A DNA stretch of 64,000 nt from Chara braunii (Eukaryota; Plantae; Charophyceae), in the NCBI GenBank assembly GCA_003427395.1, contig BFEA01000040.1:837221-901220 (forward strand). The letters run 5' to 3'. The notes under the pieces were generated by a model. It made no database searches and had not been told where the DNA came from. It saw only the letters and a program-made list of their open reading frames with translations. The position numbers and the translations under genes were made by a program. This document shows, in pieces, positions 1 to 9,505 of this stretch; position 1 is the first letter of the stretch; each line of letters opens with the position of its first letter.

Positions 1-95
1 TTGCCTGCACCACTTGCCCACTTGCCTACACCACTTGACCACTTGCCTGCACCACTTGACCACTTGCCTGCACCACTTGACCACTTGCCTGCACC
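1..95. repeat. ~21-bp tandem minisatellite (CCACTTGCCTGCACCACTTGA)
   Basis: 4-5 consecutive units visible at the window start. Confidence 0.85.
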
Positions 96-1384
96 TAACA
101 GGGACTGAATCCGAAAGGCCACTTCTAGAACTCTCTAAGTTGGCCTTTCGGTACTGTAGCAGCTACGACTTTGCCCTTTCAGGTAAGTAGCAGCTACGAC
201 CTTGACTCTTCAGGCAGTCTTCAGCTACAACTCCGGAACTGTCTAGACTTCTACCCTACAGGTCTACAGTTCGATTCCAGTCTATCCTGTGCCCTACGAC
301 AATCTACCTACCACTGGCGGTTCTACAGGTCGCAGGTTCAACTCTTCGAGTTGACGTAGATATTATACACAGGTAAGTTGGGGAACTAGGGATCAAGCCC
401 TGGGATCTGCCTCAGCTACCACGAATTGGTGAATACCGTTTCACAAGTACCCTTGGGGGTCACACACACACTCATCCGACAAGCACTCAGACAGGCACGC
501 AAACCTGCAGGCACGCACACACACACAGACTTGAAAACCACAGCAAAATGCGGGAATCTCAGCAAGGCATTCATTCCAGCGGCAAATCCCAGAAATCAGC
601 AGTGTTCTCAGTCTGTGTTTTGGCGGGTCATTACATACCAGTCTTTTTCATGTCTGCCACTAATATACGGGGCGGTACCTTGGGCCTCGCTGCACTACGC
701 TTGAAACTTGAAAAAGTTCAAGTGTCCTTCAAGAGTTGTCAGACTGTTAAAATGCCCCATAGCGCCATCGTAGTCTTGTTATATACGGGCAATATCAGTA
801 TACTTTGGTTAATCACATGGATATTAAAAAAAGTACAACTTTAGAAAAAGTCTCTATATCTCAGCAATTTTTTGTTTATATGTTGTACCCAACTCACTCT
901 TTATGTGGTTGTTTGAATCAATTTCCTTAGATTCATTGACTTCAGTCAATGAATAACTGTCTTGACGCCAGCTTTGGCTGGATTTACACTTGCCAGAGTT
1001 CGCTGCACTTACTGTAGACAGCGCCACTCTTGAACGCCTGATAGCACTAGCCGACAACCCCAATCTGGTCTGTTGTTCCCAGACAAAAAAAAAGAATCTG
1101 GTTTGTCGGCCAAGACTACAGACCTACCCTCGAAAAAGCAGAGCATGTGAAGGGTCCGAGCAACCACCTTTGAAAAATAAGGCCATGCAGGCAGGCACTC
1201 CAGAAGCTTCAAGCATCCATTTCAAGGAGAGTTCTGACACCTCTTGAAAAAAAAAAGAAAGAACGGCAGGCGCGGCATGTTTTGCAACTCTAAAGACACA
1301 AAAAACACGTGTAGGCAAAGAAAGCATGTGCGAACTCGAAATGAGCGATTTCGGTCCAAAAGTACCGGTTGGCCATTTTCTTTT

Positions 1385-1560
1385 TTATTTGTTTCCCCCG
1401 CTGACACCAGGGCCGACCCCTGTAAATATGACACCCGGTCTGACACCACGGCCGCCGGTACTTCCATTGCCTTTCCGAACTCGGCGCAGTATTCTTTCCT
1501 AACGCGTGTTTTTTTTGCCCATTCGATACTCCAAGGTGACATGAACGCACTTACCTCAAA
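1385..1560. repeat. Dispersed repeat, inverted copy at ~10610-10795
   Basis: GCCGACCCCTGTAAATATGACACCCGGTCTGACACCACGGCC matches the reverse complement of 10722-10764, and the match extends over the flanks. Confidence 0.8.
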
Positions 1561-1636
1561 AAAAAAAATAAAGAGCATGTTCCTATAGTTAGGGCCCCGT
1601 TGCACTCCTCTCCATACGCCAAGTTTGGTGAGTAGG

Positions 1637-1891
1637 GGCCTGGTTGCACTTACTCGCCAAACTTGGCCAATGATAAATATGTCAGACTGCTCGCCACACG
1701 GTCTACACAAGTTGTGGCGAGTATTTTCGGTTTCCCCGCCTGTGCACGGCGGTTTGTGGAGGGTGGTCCTCGGACCTCTCCACAAAAAACTTTCTGGAGA
1801 GTGCACGGCCTTCACGAGTGGAGATCACGTAGACAAAATATCTTAACTTCTCTGTAGAAGAAATATAGTGGCGAGTAAGTGCAACCAGGCC
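1637..1891. mobile_element. MITE nested in the 682-2167 element
   Basis: Perfect TIRs GGCCTGGTTGCACTTACTCGCCA / TGGCGAGTAAGTGCAACCAGGCC. Confidence 0.75.
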
Positions 1892-2175
1892 TCCAGTTCT
1901 ACACTATTCTCATCTTTTTCACTCTCCACCCATCCGCCATGAATTGTGGCGGATGGCAAGTAGTGCAACTAGACCCTTAGTGCGGCCATATCTCACTCTC
2001 CAAGTTGCGGAGAGTGAGAGCGAGTAGTGCAACTAGACCCTTAGTGCGGCCATATCTCACTCTCCAAGTTGCGGAGAGTGAGTCTCACGGCTCTTGAATC
2101 CAGTCTAGGCATCCTGCGATGCCGCACTCTTGGAACTTCAAGTTTCAAGTGTAGTGCAGGGAGGCCCCTTCTTTG

Positions 2176-2297
2176 GGGCCTCGCCACACCACTGTAGAAA
2201 TGTACAAAATGACAACGAACTTCTTGCTAGAAGAAGGCCAGATACACCCACCACATTTTTGTCTTTTTCACATTTCTCGAGTGGTGTGGCGAGGCCC
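2176..2297. mobile_element. ~120-bp MITE, GGGCCTCGC-TIR family
   Basis: TIRs GGGCCTCGCCACACCAC / GTGGTGTGGCGAGGCCC; related copies at ~25648-25778, 59426-59545, ~60538-60800, 61261-61382, 63355-63475, 63886-63959. Confidence 0.85.
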
Positions 2298-2327
2298 TTA
2301 TTTCCAGCAGAACTTAGAGAAACTTAT

Positions 2328-2746
2328 GGGTCTCGCTCCACTACTATACACTCGCCGAATTCGGAGAGTTCGGCATCTCTCCACTTACTGTTCACTATAC
2401 ACGAGCGAAATCGCTCGGATAGCTGTCAGACATCGGTCGGAGATTGCACTCTCCGTCGGTGTATAGTTCCCAGCCTGCAAAAGTCGTTACTCGGATACTC
2501 CTCGAAGGAAACCTCGGAACGGCCGCTTTTTTGTATAGTGAACCTCAAGTCTGGACCGACAAATCGCTGTCTTCTAGTGCTGTTAGGGTGTTGCGTAGTG
2601 AAGTCAGGAACTGGAGACGTTGTATAGCAGATAGTAAGTGGAGCGACGGCGGGTTTTATACATCTTTTCGCGTTCTGATCGCGTTCTGACAGCTATACAG
2701 CAACTATACGAAATTGTGTATAGCGGACAGTGGTGGAGCGAGACCC
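2328..2746. mobile_element. MITE, GGGTCTCGC-TIR family
   Basis: TIRs GGGTCTCGCTCCAC / GTGGAGCGAGACCC with TAT duplication. Confidence 0.8.
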
Positions 2747-3729
2747 TATGTAAAACAAATTACCTGCAGGTTCTAAGGTTTTTGCCCCTTGACTGGGACT
2801 CCTTCTACTTCTCCCATTGTCCACCTTGCCAAGTTGGGTTATTTGCCTCCTCGCCCTGAATTGATCTCCTCGTGCTCTCTCCTCACAGCCAACGCGCGTG
2901 TGTTGTACTCTAGACACTCGCAACAGCAAAAGTGATGTGTTTTTTCTTTCCGAAAAAGGGAAAAAAACGGGAAAGGAAGTGCGATAAGTCTCTCACTTAC
3001 AGTGTTGCGGGTATGCGGAATCCCTCCCTTCATTCTGGCTTGTCTCGCCATAGCCACCGAATCGGGAGCCCGTCTTGACAGCCATCACTGGGGCCGCCAC
3101 ATCGCCTCCAGCGCTAGTAGTCTCTAGCGCGAATGGTTATCAGAGCTCATCGCACGCCTCCAGATCGCCTATTGCGCTGATTGCCACAAATTGGTTGGAC
3201 AGAAAAAGCAAAAACGAATAAGAAAAGAAAGACAAAAGATGCCATGAACCGGCCGTATGAGCCCCCTCCCTTTCTCTCGGGAACGTATGGTGGACGTATG
3301 CCCGGAGGCCGCGCCCGCCCTGTCGGAAAGGGGATGCCTTCCTCCTCCTCTCGTGAGGGGCAGGGGGGGTGTTGGAGGGGCGGAGGAGGGAATGCTCAAA
3401 AGAGATTCAAACAGCACTTTTCTTTTTTTGTTTTCCACACCTCCTTTTTCGCCAATCATGTTTGTCTCTCATTTGATTTTATTTTTCTATGTTTGAAGCA
3501 TCACTTAGCAGCTCCTCATTTGATTCGTAGTTTCCGTGCGTACTAGAGATGCAGACTCAAAGAGACCCAAAACAGAATCGGACAAACTCAACACACAGCT
3601 GGAACGGAGTCGACACGGACGCGGAACAGACTCCAACAGAATTGACACAGGCCCAGTAAAAAATCACAGCCAGCAGCCATGGAGAGGAATAGATCGCCCC
3701 TTGATGAACCAACAAGTCAACTAATAGAT

Positions 3730-3862
3730 GGAGATCCATCCATCCATCGATCAAATCGTCAAGCAATCAATCAAGCAATCAATCAATCCATCGATCCAAT
3801 CAGTCCGTCAATCAATCAATCAATCAATCAATCAATAGATCAATGAATTAGTCAACCAATCA

Positions 3863-3900
<38 letters not shown>

Positions 3901-3995
3901 CCAATCAACCAATCAATCACCCAATCAAGATAGATCAATCAATCCATCCATCGATCAATCAATCAATCAATTGATCAATCAATAAACCATTCAAT
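3730..3995. repeat. Degenerate (TCAA)n microsatellite
   Basis: Direct inspection; similar tracts at 18600-18880, 20140-20350 and 55120-56130. Confidence 0.9.
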
Positions 3996-4321
3996 CTTGG
4001 GGAACAAGGAAATACGGAAAACAAAAGAAAAGAAAGTCTTTGACAGCCAGAAGATCAAATGCTTACCTCGAATAGCTATTATGGCTGCATTCGGGGGAAC
4101 TTTCAGTACGTACCAAATCTAGTCAGAGGATCCCATCAATGGCTGCTGCTATTCGTGAGACACCGTCGTCAAAGAAGTAATTTTCATTTACTTGCGACGA
4201 ACATCCATCTATCACGGGCGGTGCAGTTTTTTTGGACAACTGCGTGGCTGTTATGATGGATCATGGCTGGCCACGCAGCTTTCCGGAGCAGGTCGTGGGT
4301 TGTTCTCCCTGCGCGGATGAC

Positions 4322-4429
4322 TACCGTCTTCCCCCGAACACACCGACCCTCATTTTGACTTTATTGGCCCGGAAACATACCTTCTATACGTTCATTTCCG
4401 GGGTGCGTTATGTTCGGGGGAAGACGGTA
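4322..4429. mobile_element. TA-flanked fold-back MITE (Tc1/mariner/pogo-like ends)
   Basis: TACCGTCTTCCCCCGAACA ... TGTTCGGGGGAAGACGGTA; relatives at 21775-21889, 21964-22072, 24763-25040. Confidence 0.7.
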
Positions 4430-4440
4430 GAACCAAGGTG

Positions 4441-4488
<48 letters not shown>

Positions 4489-4900
4489 CGACAGAGAGAA
4501 AGGGCATGCGCATGCGTGGTTCACCTGAACTGTACCAATGCGGAAGAACGATCCAGGCGTCAACCCCATTGCCGGACCTGCACCTGTCAGCAATCGCAAT
4601 TATTGGGGTTTGTCATAGGGATCGAGTACTGGGCGTCCATTGCTGCTGATGATGATAGCGTGGCGTGCCGGGTTCGATGGCTTGCTCGCCTTCACATCTC
4701 CATCACGAATCTGTCTTCTCCAATCCCTTATTCTTCCGGCATCTCCCCTTCGCATACCAGCTCCTACCATCTCCCCTTCGTCTCAATCGCCATCTCTTCT
4801 GATCAGTCGACTCGCCCTGCACACTTCGAGTTTCACGTAACCCCTGGCAGCTTTCTGTTGGCTTCAGAATCCTTCCGTCAAGGCGCTCCCTGAGGAGGAG

Positions 4901-4962
4901 GAGAGGTTGAGCCTCCTGACCAGTCCGTGAAACTGGGACGAAACGGTCCGTCAGAGCCTCCC
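4901..4962 (+). ncRNA. Hammerhead-ribozyme-like motif (core variant CTGACCA, probably inactive)
   Basis: CTGAcCA-GTCC-gtgaaactg-GGAC-GAAAC-GGTCC-GTC; stem III ACGG.CCGT; possible bulged stem I GAGG..CTC / GAG-CCTC. Confidence 0.6.
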
Positions 4963-5764
4963 GTTATTTGTCCTTCTCTTCCTCATATGAATATGTAAGA
5001 ATCCTTTCTTTCTTCCTCTTTTTTTTTTTTTTTTTTTTTTTTTGAATATGTAAGAATCTTGATTAGAAGATAAAGCAAGTTCCATCCTGCCGCGTGACAA
5101 ATCTGTATTTTTGTTGGCCGTTTTGCTTTTTCTTTTTTCCTTTTTTGTTTGGGGGAACACTTGCTGGGGAAAAAGAAAGAAAACGCTGGAAGAACAAAAA
5201 AACGATGCACAAAAAAACACGTGTTGGAAATCACGTCCAGCACCCTAAAAGCAAGGGCGGCAAGACACGTGGCAGATACGTACTCACTCCTCCGCAGACA
5301 GTATTGATTTACTATTTGCGTCTGGAACAAACAAAAAAAGATCTACTTTGGGGATCGCATTGAATCCCAATCACCCCGAGCTAGCAGATTTTATTTGCTA
5401 GAGCCGGGAAACGGGCCCGGCTTATAGCTCGTTCTTGTTCTTCTTCTCTTTTTTTTTTCCTTTTCTTTTAAACACAAACATCCGTGTGTCCGCACAGATT
5501 GTTCAATTGATCAAGGTGTCAAAGCTTATCTGCCTTTCATCCTGTTAGTTGTTAATAATAAAAAAAGCATCTTTCATTTGCAAAATCAAGTGATGAATAC
5601 AGCTGCGGGGCAGATCTCCCTACATATCGCAGTCTCCTCGTATATTGTTTTCTTCTCCCTCTTTGCGCCCGGCTCACCGGACAGTTCTCTATGACGACAC
5701 ACAAATATATATAGAGGTATATATACATATATACCTATATATATATGTATACATGTATATAAAT

Positions 5765-5885
5765 AGGGTTAAATCTCCTGATGAGCCCGTGAAACTCCTA
5801 TCAAATAGTCCGTCACATTTCCTCGTTCTTTGTCCTCTTCTCCCTCTCTGCCGATGGTTTACCAGGCTGTTCTGTTTTTAACGAT
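5765..5885 (+). repeat. Degenerate copy of the hammerhead-bearing repeat
   Basis: CTGATGA at 5778 followed by gtgaaact and the family 3' tail; GAAA and stem II are mutated. Confidence 0.65.
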
Positions 5886-5930
5886 AACTAAATATATATG
5901 TAAATATATTAAATATATACATATAACGTC

Positions 5931-5967
5931 CTGATGAGTCGGTGAAACTCCGAGGAAACAATTTGTC
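5931..5967 (+). ncRNA. Minimal hammerhead ribozyme core
   Basis: CTGATGA-GTCGG-tgaaact-CCGAG-GAAAC-AATTT-GTC (one stem II mismatch). Confidence 0.6.
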
Positions 5968-6152
5968 GCTGGCCTCGTTTATTGTCCTCTTCTCCCTCTC
6001 TGCCTACGGTTTACCGGGCAGCTCTGTTTGACGATAATATATATGTATCGTCAAACAGAGCTGCAAGGTAAACCGTATATATATATATATATCGTCACAA
6101 ACAGAACTGCCCGGTAAACCGTAGGCAGAGAGAGAGAAGAAAACAACAAACG

Positions 6153-6210
6153 AGGGGCTGTGACAAACTGTTTCGTCGGAGTTTCACCGACTCATCAGGA
6201 GGCTGAACCG
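6153..6210 (-). ncRNA. Minimal type-I hammerhead ribozyme, intact core
   Basis: Reverse complement reads CTGATGA-GTCGG-tgaaact-CCGAC-GAAAC-AGTTT-GTC; stem I is weak. Confidence 0.72.
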
Positions 6211-6321
6211 TCAACAGATATATATATATATATATATATACATAGATATATAGATATATACATGGTCAAACAGATCTGCTCGGTAAACCGTAGGCAGGGA
6301 GGGAGAAGACGACAACAAACG

Positions 6322-6381
6322 AGGCGCTGTAACAAATTGTTTCATCGGCGTTTCACCGACTCATCAGGAGGCTGAACCCTA
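6322..6381 (-). ncRNA. Minimal hammerhead ribozyme core (GUU triplet)
   Basis: Reverse complement reads CTGATGA-GTCGG-tgaaacg-CCGAT-GAAAC-AATTT-GTT. Confidence 0.68.
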
Positions 6382-6422
6382 GCCTCCTGATGAGTCGGTG
6401 AAACTCCGACGAAACAGTTGTC
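6381..6422 (+). ncRNA. Minimal hammerhead ribozyme core, head-to-head with the previous copy
   Basis: CTGATGA-GTCGG-tgaaact-CCGAC-GAAAC-AGTT-GTC. Confidence 0.68.
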
Positions 6423-7350
6423 CTCTTCTCCCTCTCTGCCTACGGTTTGCCGGGCAGCTCTGTTTGACGATATATATAGATATGCATAGACGAAAAATTC
6501 GTAATACATTGTATATCATACTATATATATGCATATGCATAAAATACTATAAATAGTACCCTCTAAAAATAACCTCCTGATGAATCCGCGGGAACAAGAT
6601 TTGATATGTCGCTGACATACCTTCATAACAATTGCCAGCTGCCTGCTTTCTCCCAACTCCGTCTCTTCACAGGAAAACACTCCAACGTCGCAGGATGAAC
6701 AGCTTCCCTCGGGATCCTATGCACGAACTACCTTCGACGCTTTCACGCTCCGCGCTCTAAAAAATTGGATGCTCTGATGTTGTGGCGTCTTCTTCTGCTC
6801 GCTTACTACGCCCCACTAAACAACACTGCACACTGCACGCTGCGTCCGGTTGGTTGCCCTGCCCGGTTCTCTGCGACTTCCGGCGAGCAGTCGTGGACAA
6901 TCTCATCCCCAAGTGAACGAGGATATTCACGCCACCTAACTCAGCGTAAAGCCAAGTTGAGGATATTAAAGCCACCTATCTCAGCGCGCGGGGTGAATGA
7001 GGATGATGAAGCAAGACAATACATGCTGGAAAACGGCCCCGGCCTCCGCAAACCATTCTGAGATGTGGGTCCTTCCTCCTTTCCCTCTGGACCCGGTGCT
7101 GCCCTGGTTTCTGCAACTACCTTCGCCCGCCGAATAGAACGCACGCTCAATCTCGCGCGTTATCTTAGAGTGAAAGTTGCACCAAAGATACAGCTTGTAT
7201 AACCTAGCGTTCTATTCGGGGGAGGAGGATTGACCGCAGAGGTCCTCTTTCTCAAGCCCGCTTTGCTTTCCGGCTGTCTTCTCTCCAGGCGTGCTTCAGT
7301 GGCGGTGGCTCCTTGCTCTTGCGCTGCACCTACCTCAGTATGTACACCCG

Positions 7351-7447
7351 GGGCTAGGTCCCACTTGCACAAATTAAGAGATAGAGACCGTAGATAGCCG
7401 AGATCAACGGCGGAAATCTCCTAATCCGTGCAAATGGGACCTTGCCC
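7351..7447. mobile_element. ~97-bp fold-back MITE (Harbinger/Tourist-like)
   Basis: TIRs GGGCTAGGTCCCACTTGCAC / GTGCAAATGGGACCTTGCCC, CCG duplication; further copies at 24261-24357 and 25884-25982. Confidence 0.85.
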
Positions 7448-7967
7448 CCGGACTCCTCTCTGTGCCAGTGTGCCTCTCTCTTACCGTGCCTGCGAAGCAG
7501 CATGGGAAAAGTTACGAAATCTCCCCGCCGCTTCTCTCTTCATGACTCCGACAGTCTGGACTTGTGCTGCTGGGAAGGCGGATCATATGATCTGCCTTCT
7601 CGTTCGGAGTGAACGAGATATTCTGAGAGAACACTACGCGAGCTGCAGTACTTTCCTCGATGTGTTTGAGCACAATCATGGCCGATCCAGGAGACATGTG
7701 ACAGACGGTGATTGCGGCCCATCCAGAAATCATTCAAAAAAAAAGCCCCAAGCTTGTGTATGTATGCCCTGGAAAGCGCCAACAGGAGGGGACTACGGAG
7801 TCTGCGGTCGATCCCATGCCTCTGTGGTTGGGTAATCAGTGCTTCAGGCCCCGCTCTTCTGACTCTCCCCTAACGGAAAGTGCGATGAAGCGCCGAGGAG
7901 TGTGGTGAAGGCGCGCTGGCGTTCGCCCCCTCTTCGTTCTTTGTTTGTTTCTTTCTTAGGGTAACTA

Positions 7968-8416
7968 GGGCGCAGTCACAAAAGCAGTTTCTAAATGCAT
8001 TTCAAACTGCACTTTCGCAGTCCAGTCCGGTCCGAAGCTTACAATGCAGTCAAAACTGTTTTTTTTTTCCCCCTCCAATCTCCGGTGTGGCAGTGGCATC
8101 GTGTGGCCGTGGCATCTCGTACGTGGCCCAGCCAAGGATGCGTGGGCCACGCCCGGGAAAAAAAAAAAACAAAAAAAAAAANCCATTTTTCTTAATTATG
8201 ATTATTTTATTTTATTTCAATCTCGGGCGTGTACCCACACGGAGAGATGCCTTGCTCATGCCCGAAAAAAAATAAAAAATAAAAAATGGCCACGTGTCTG
8301 ACTTAATTTTTGCAGTTACAAACACCGCGGTGCGACTTTTCTGCAAAGCGGAGTTTCGAGTCTTTCAACTGCATTGTAAACGTCCGATTCACAAACTCAA
8401 ACCATGACCGTGCCCT
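7968..8416. mobile_element. MITE with imperfect long TIRs
   Basis: GGGCGCAGTCA ... TGACCGTGCCC, internal inverted match TACAATGCAGT / ACTGCATTGTA. Confidence 0.6.
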
Positions 8417-8554
8417 AGTTTTCTCTTCTTTTTTTTGTGTGCAGTGGTCGAGTATTCTTGTTCCTGGAGAGGATGAGGGGTGTTCAGCAAGACGTATGTG
8501 TGAGGATTTCTCGGGGTGTTCAGCAAGACGTATGTGTGAGGATTTCTCATCTAT

Positions 8555-9041
8555 GGGTCTCGCTCCACTACACTAGACTCACGGAGAAACTTGTGAGTGC
8601 TTCTAGAGCTGTCAGAGGTCTAGAACTCTTGAAAAAAGAGGCATCGCTCCACTTACTCCAGACTCAAGAACTCCAGAAGCACTCACGGATTTCTCAGCGC
8701 TACAGGACAGCGCCTCTACAGCGCTACATAACAGGCCAGCTCGTTCTGACGGTCGGGGCAGGAGGCACACTTGCCAAAAGAAGAGGCCTGAGCAGGGTAG
8801 GAGCGAGGACGCTAGAAAACCTGTGCCTTGCAGGCTGTGAACTCTATACAAATCAGGTAGGAGCGAGGACGCTAGAACACCTGTGCCTTGCAGGCTGTGA
8901 ACTCTATACAAATCGAGAGTGCTCCTCGAGAGCGCTTTCTGACAGCTCTCTAAGGGTGTTGTCATAAGTTCCAGTCTAGAGTAAGTGGAGCCAGGCGTCA
9001 CTCTCGAAACTTCGCGAGTCTAGCGTAATGGAGTGAGGCCC
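8555..9041. mobile_element. MITE, GGGTCTCGC-TIR family, with an internal ~61-bp tandem duplication
   Basis: TIRs GGGTCTCGCTCCACTACACTAGACTC / GAGTCTAGCGTAATGGAGTGAGGCCC; duplication at ~8794-8912. Confidence 0.75.
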
Positions 9042-9354
9042 TGTGTGTGGACTCTGAAATCGTAGAGGAACCATGGAATCGTGAGGTGCACGGGCGGCTG
9101 ATAAGGCCACTACCCACCTGTTGCACCAGCGGATTCTTCTCAGGGCATACTCGCACTAGAACTTTCTTGGATGTCCGACCCGGCGTGAATGCACCTGACC
9201 GTCCAGAGAGAAGACATGAAAGTCCTAGGAGCAGTTGAGGTCGTGTGAGGTGAAATTGAGAGAAGAATGTAGCAGGGAAAGAAAAAGAGTATGCCCTGAG
9301 AGGTCGATTATAAGGGCAAGTCTCCACAGGAAAGTGGAAAGGAAACTACTCTCT

Positions 9355-9505
9355 GCGCCATTTGCGGAGCTTGTTTCCCATTGGAGAGGCTCTCTGTGGG
9401 CCATTTCCTGAGCTTGCTTCCCAGTGGAGAGGCTCTCGATGGGCCATTTCCTGAGCTTGTTTCCCGTTCGAGAGGCTCTCTCTGGGCCATTTCCTGAGCT
9501 TGTTG
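9355..9505. repeat. ~42-bp tandem minisatellite
   Basis: GGGCCATTTCCTGAGCTTG...GAGAGGCTCTC repeated 3-4 times. Confidence 0.8.

Larger units (their letters stand above)
682..2167. mobile_element. Non-autonomous TIR element (PIF/Harbinger-type ends) containing nested MITEs
   Basis: ~30-bp TIRs GGGCCTCGCTGCACTACGCTTGAAACTTGAA / TTCAAGTTTCAAGTGTAGTGCAGGGAGGCCC; CTT 3-bp duplication on both sides. Confidence 0.75.

Noticed and set aside
5377-5432. Helitron/Helentron 3' hairpin (AGCCGGG...CCCGGCT)
   Set aside because: Hairpin is real, but no CTRR end or matching 5' terminus was identified.
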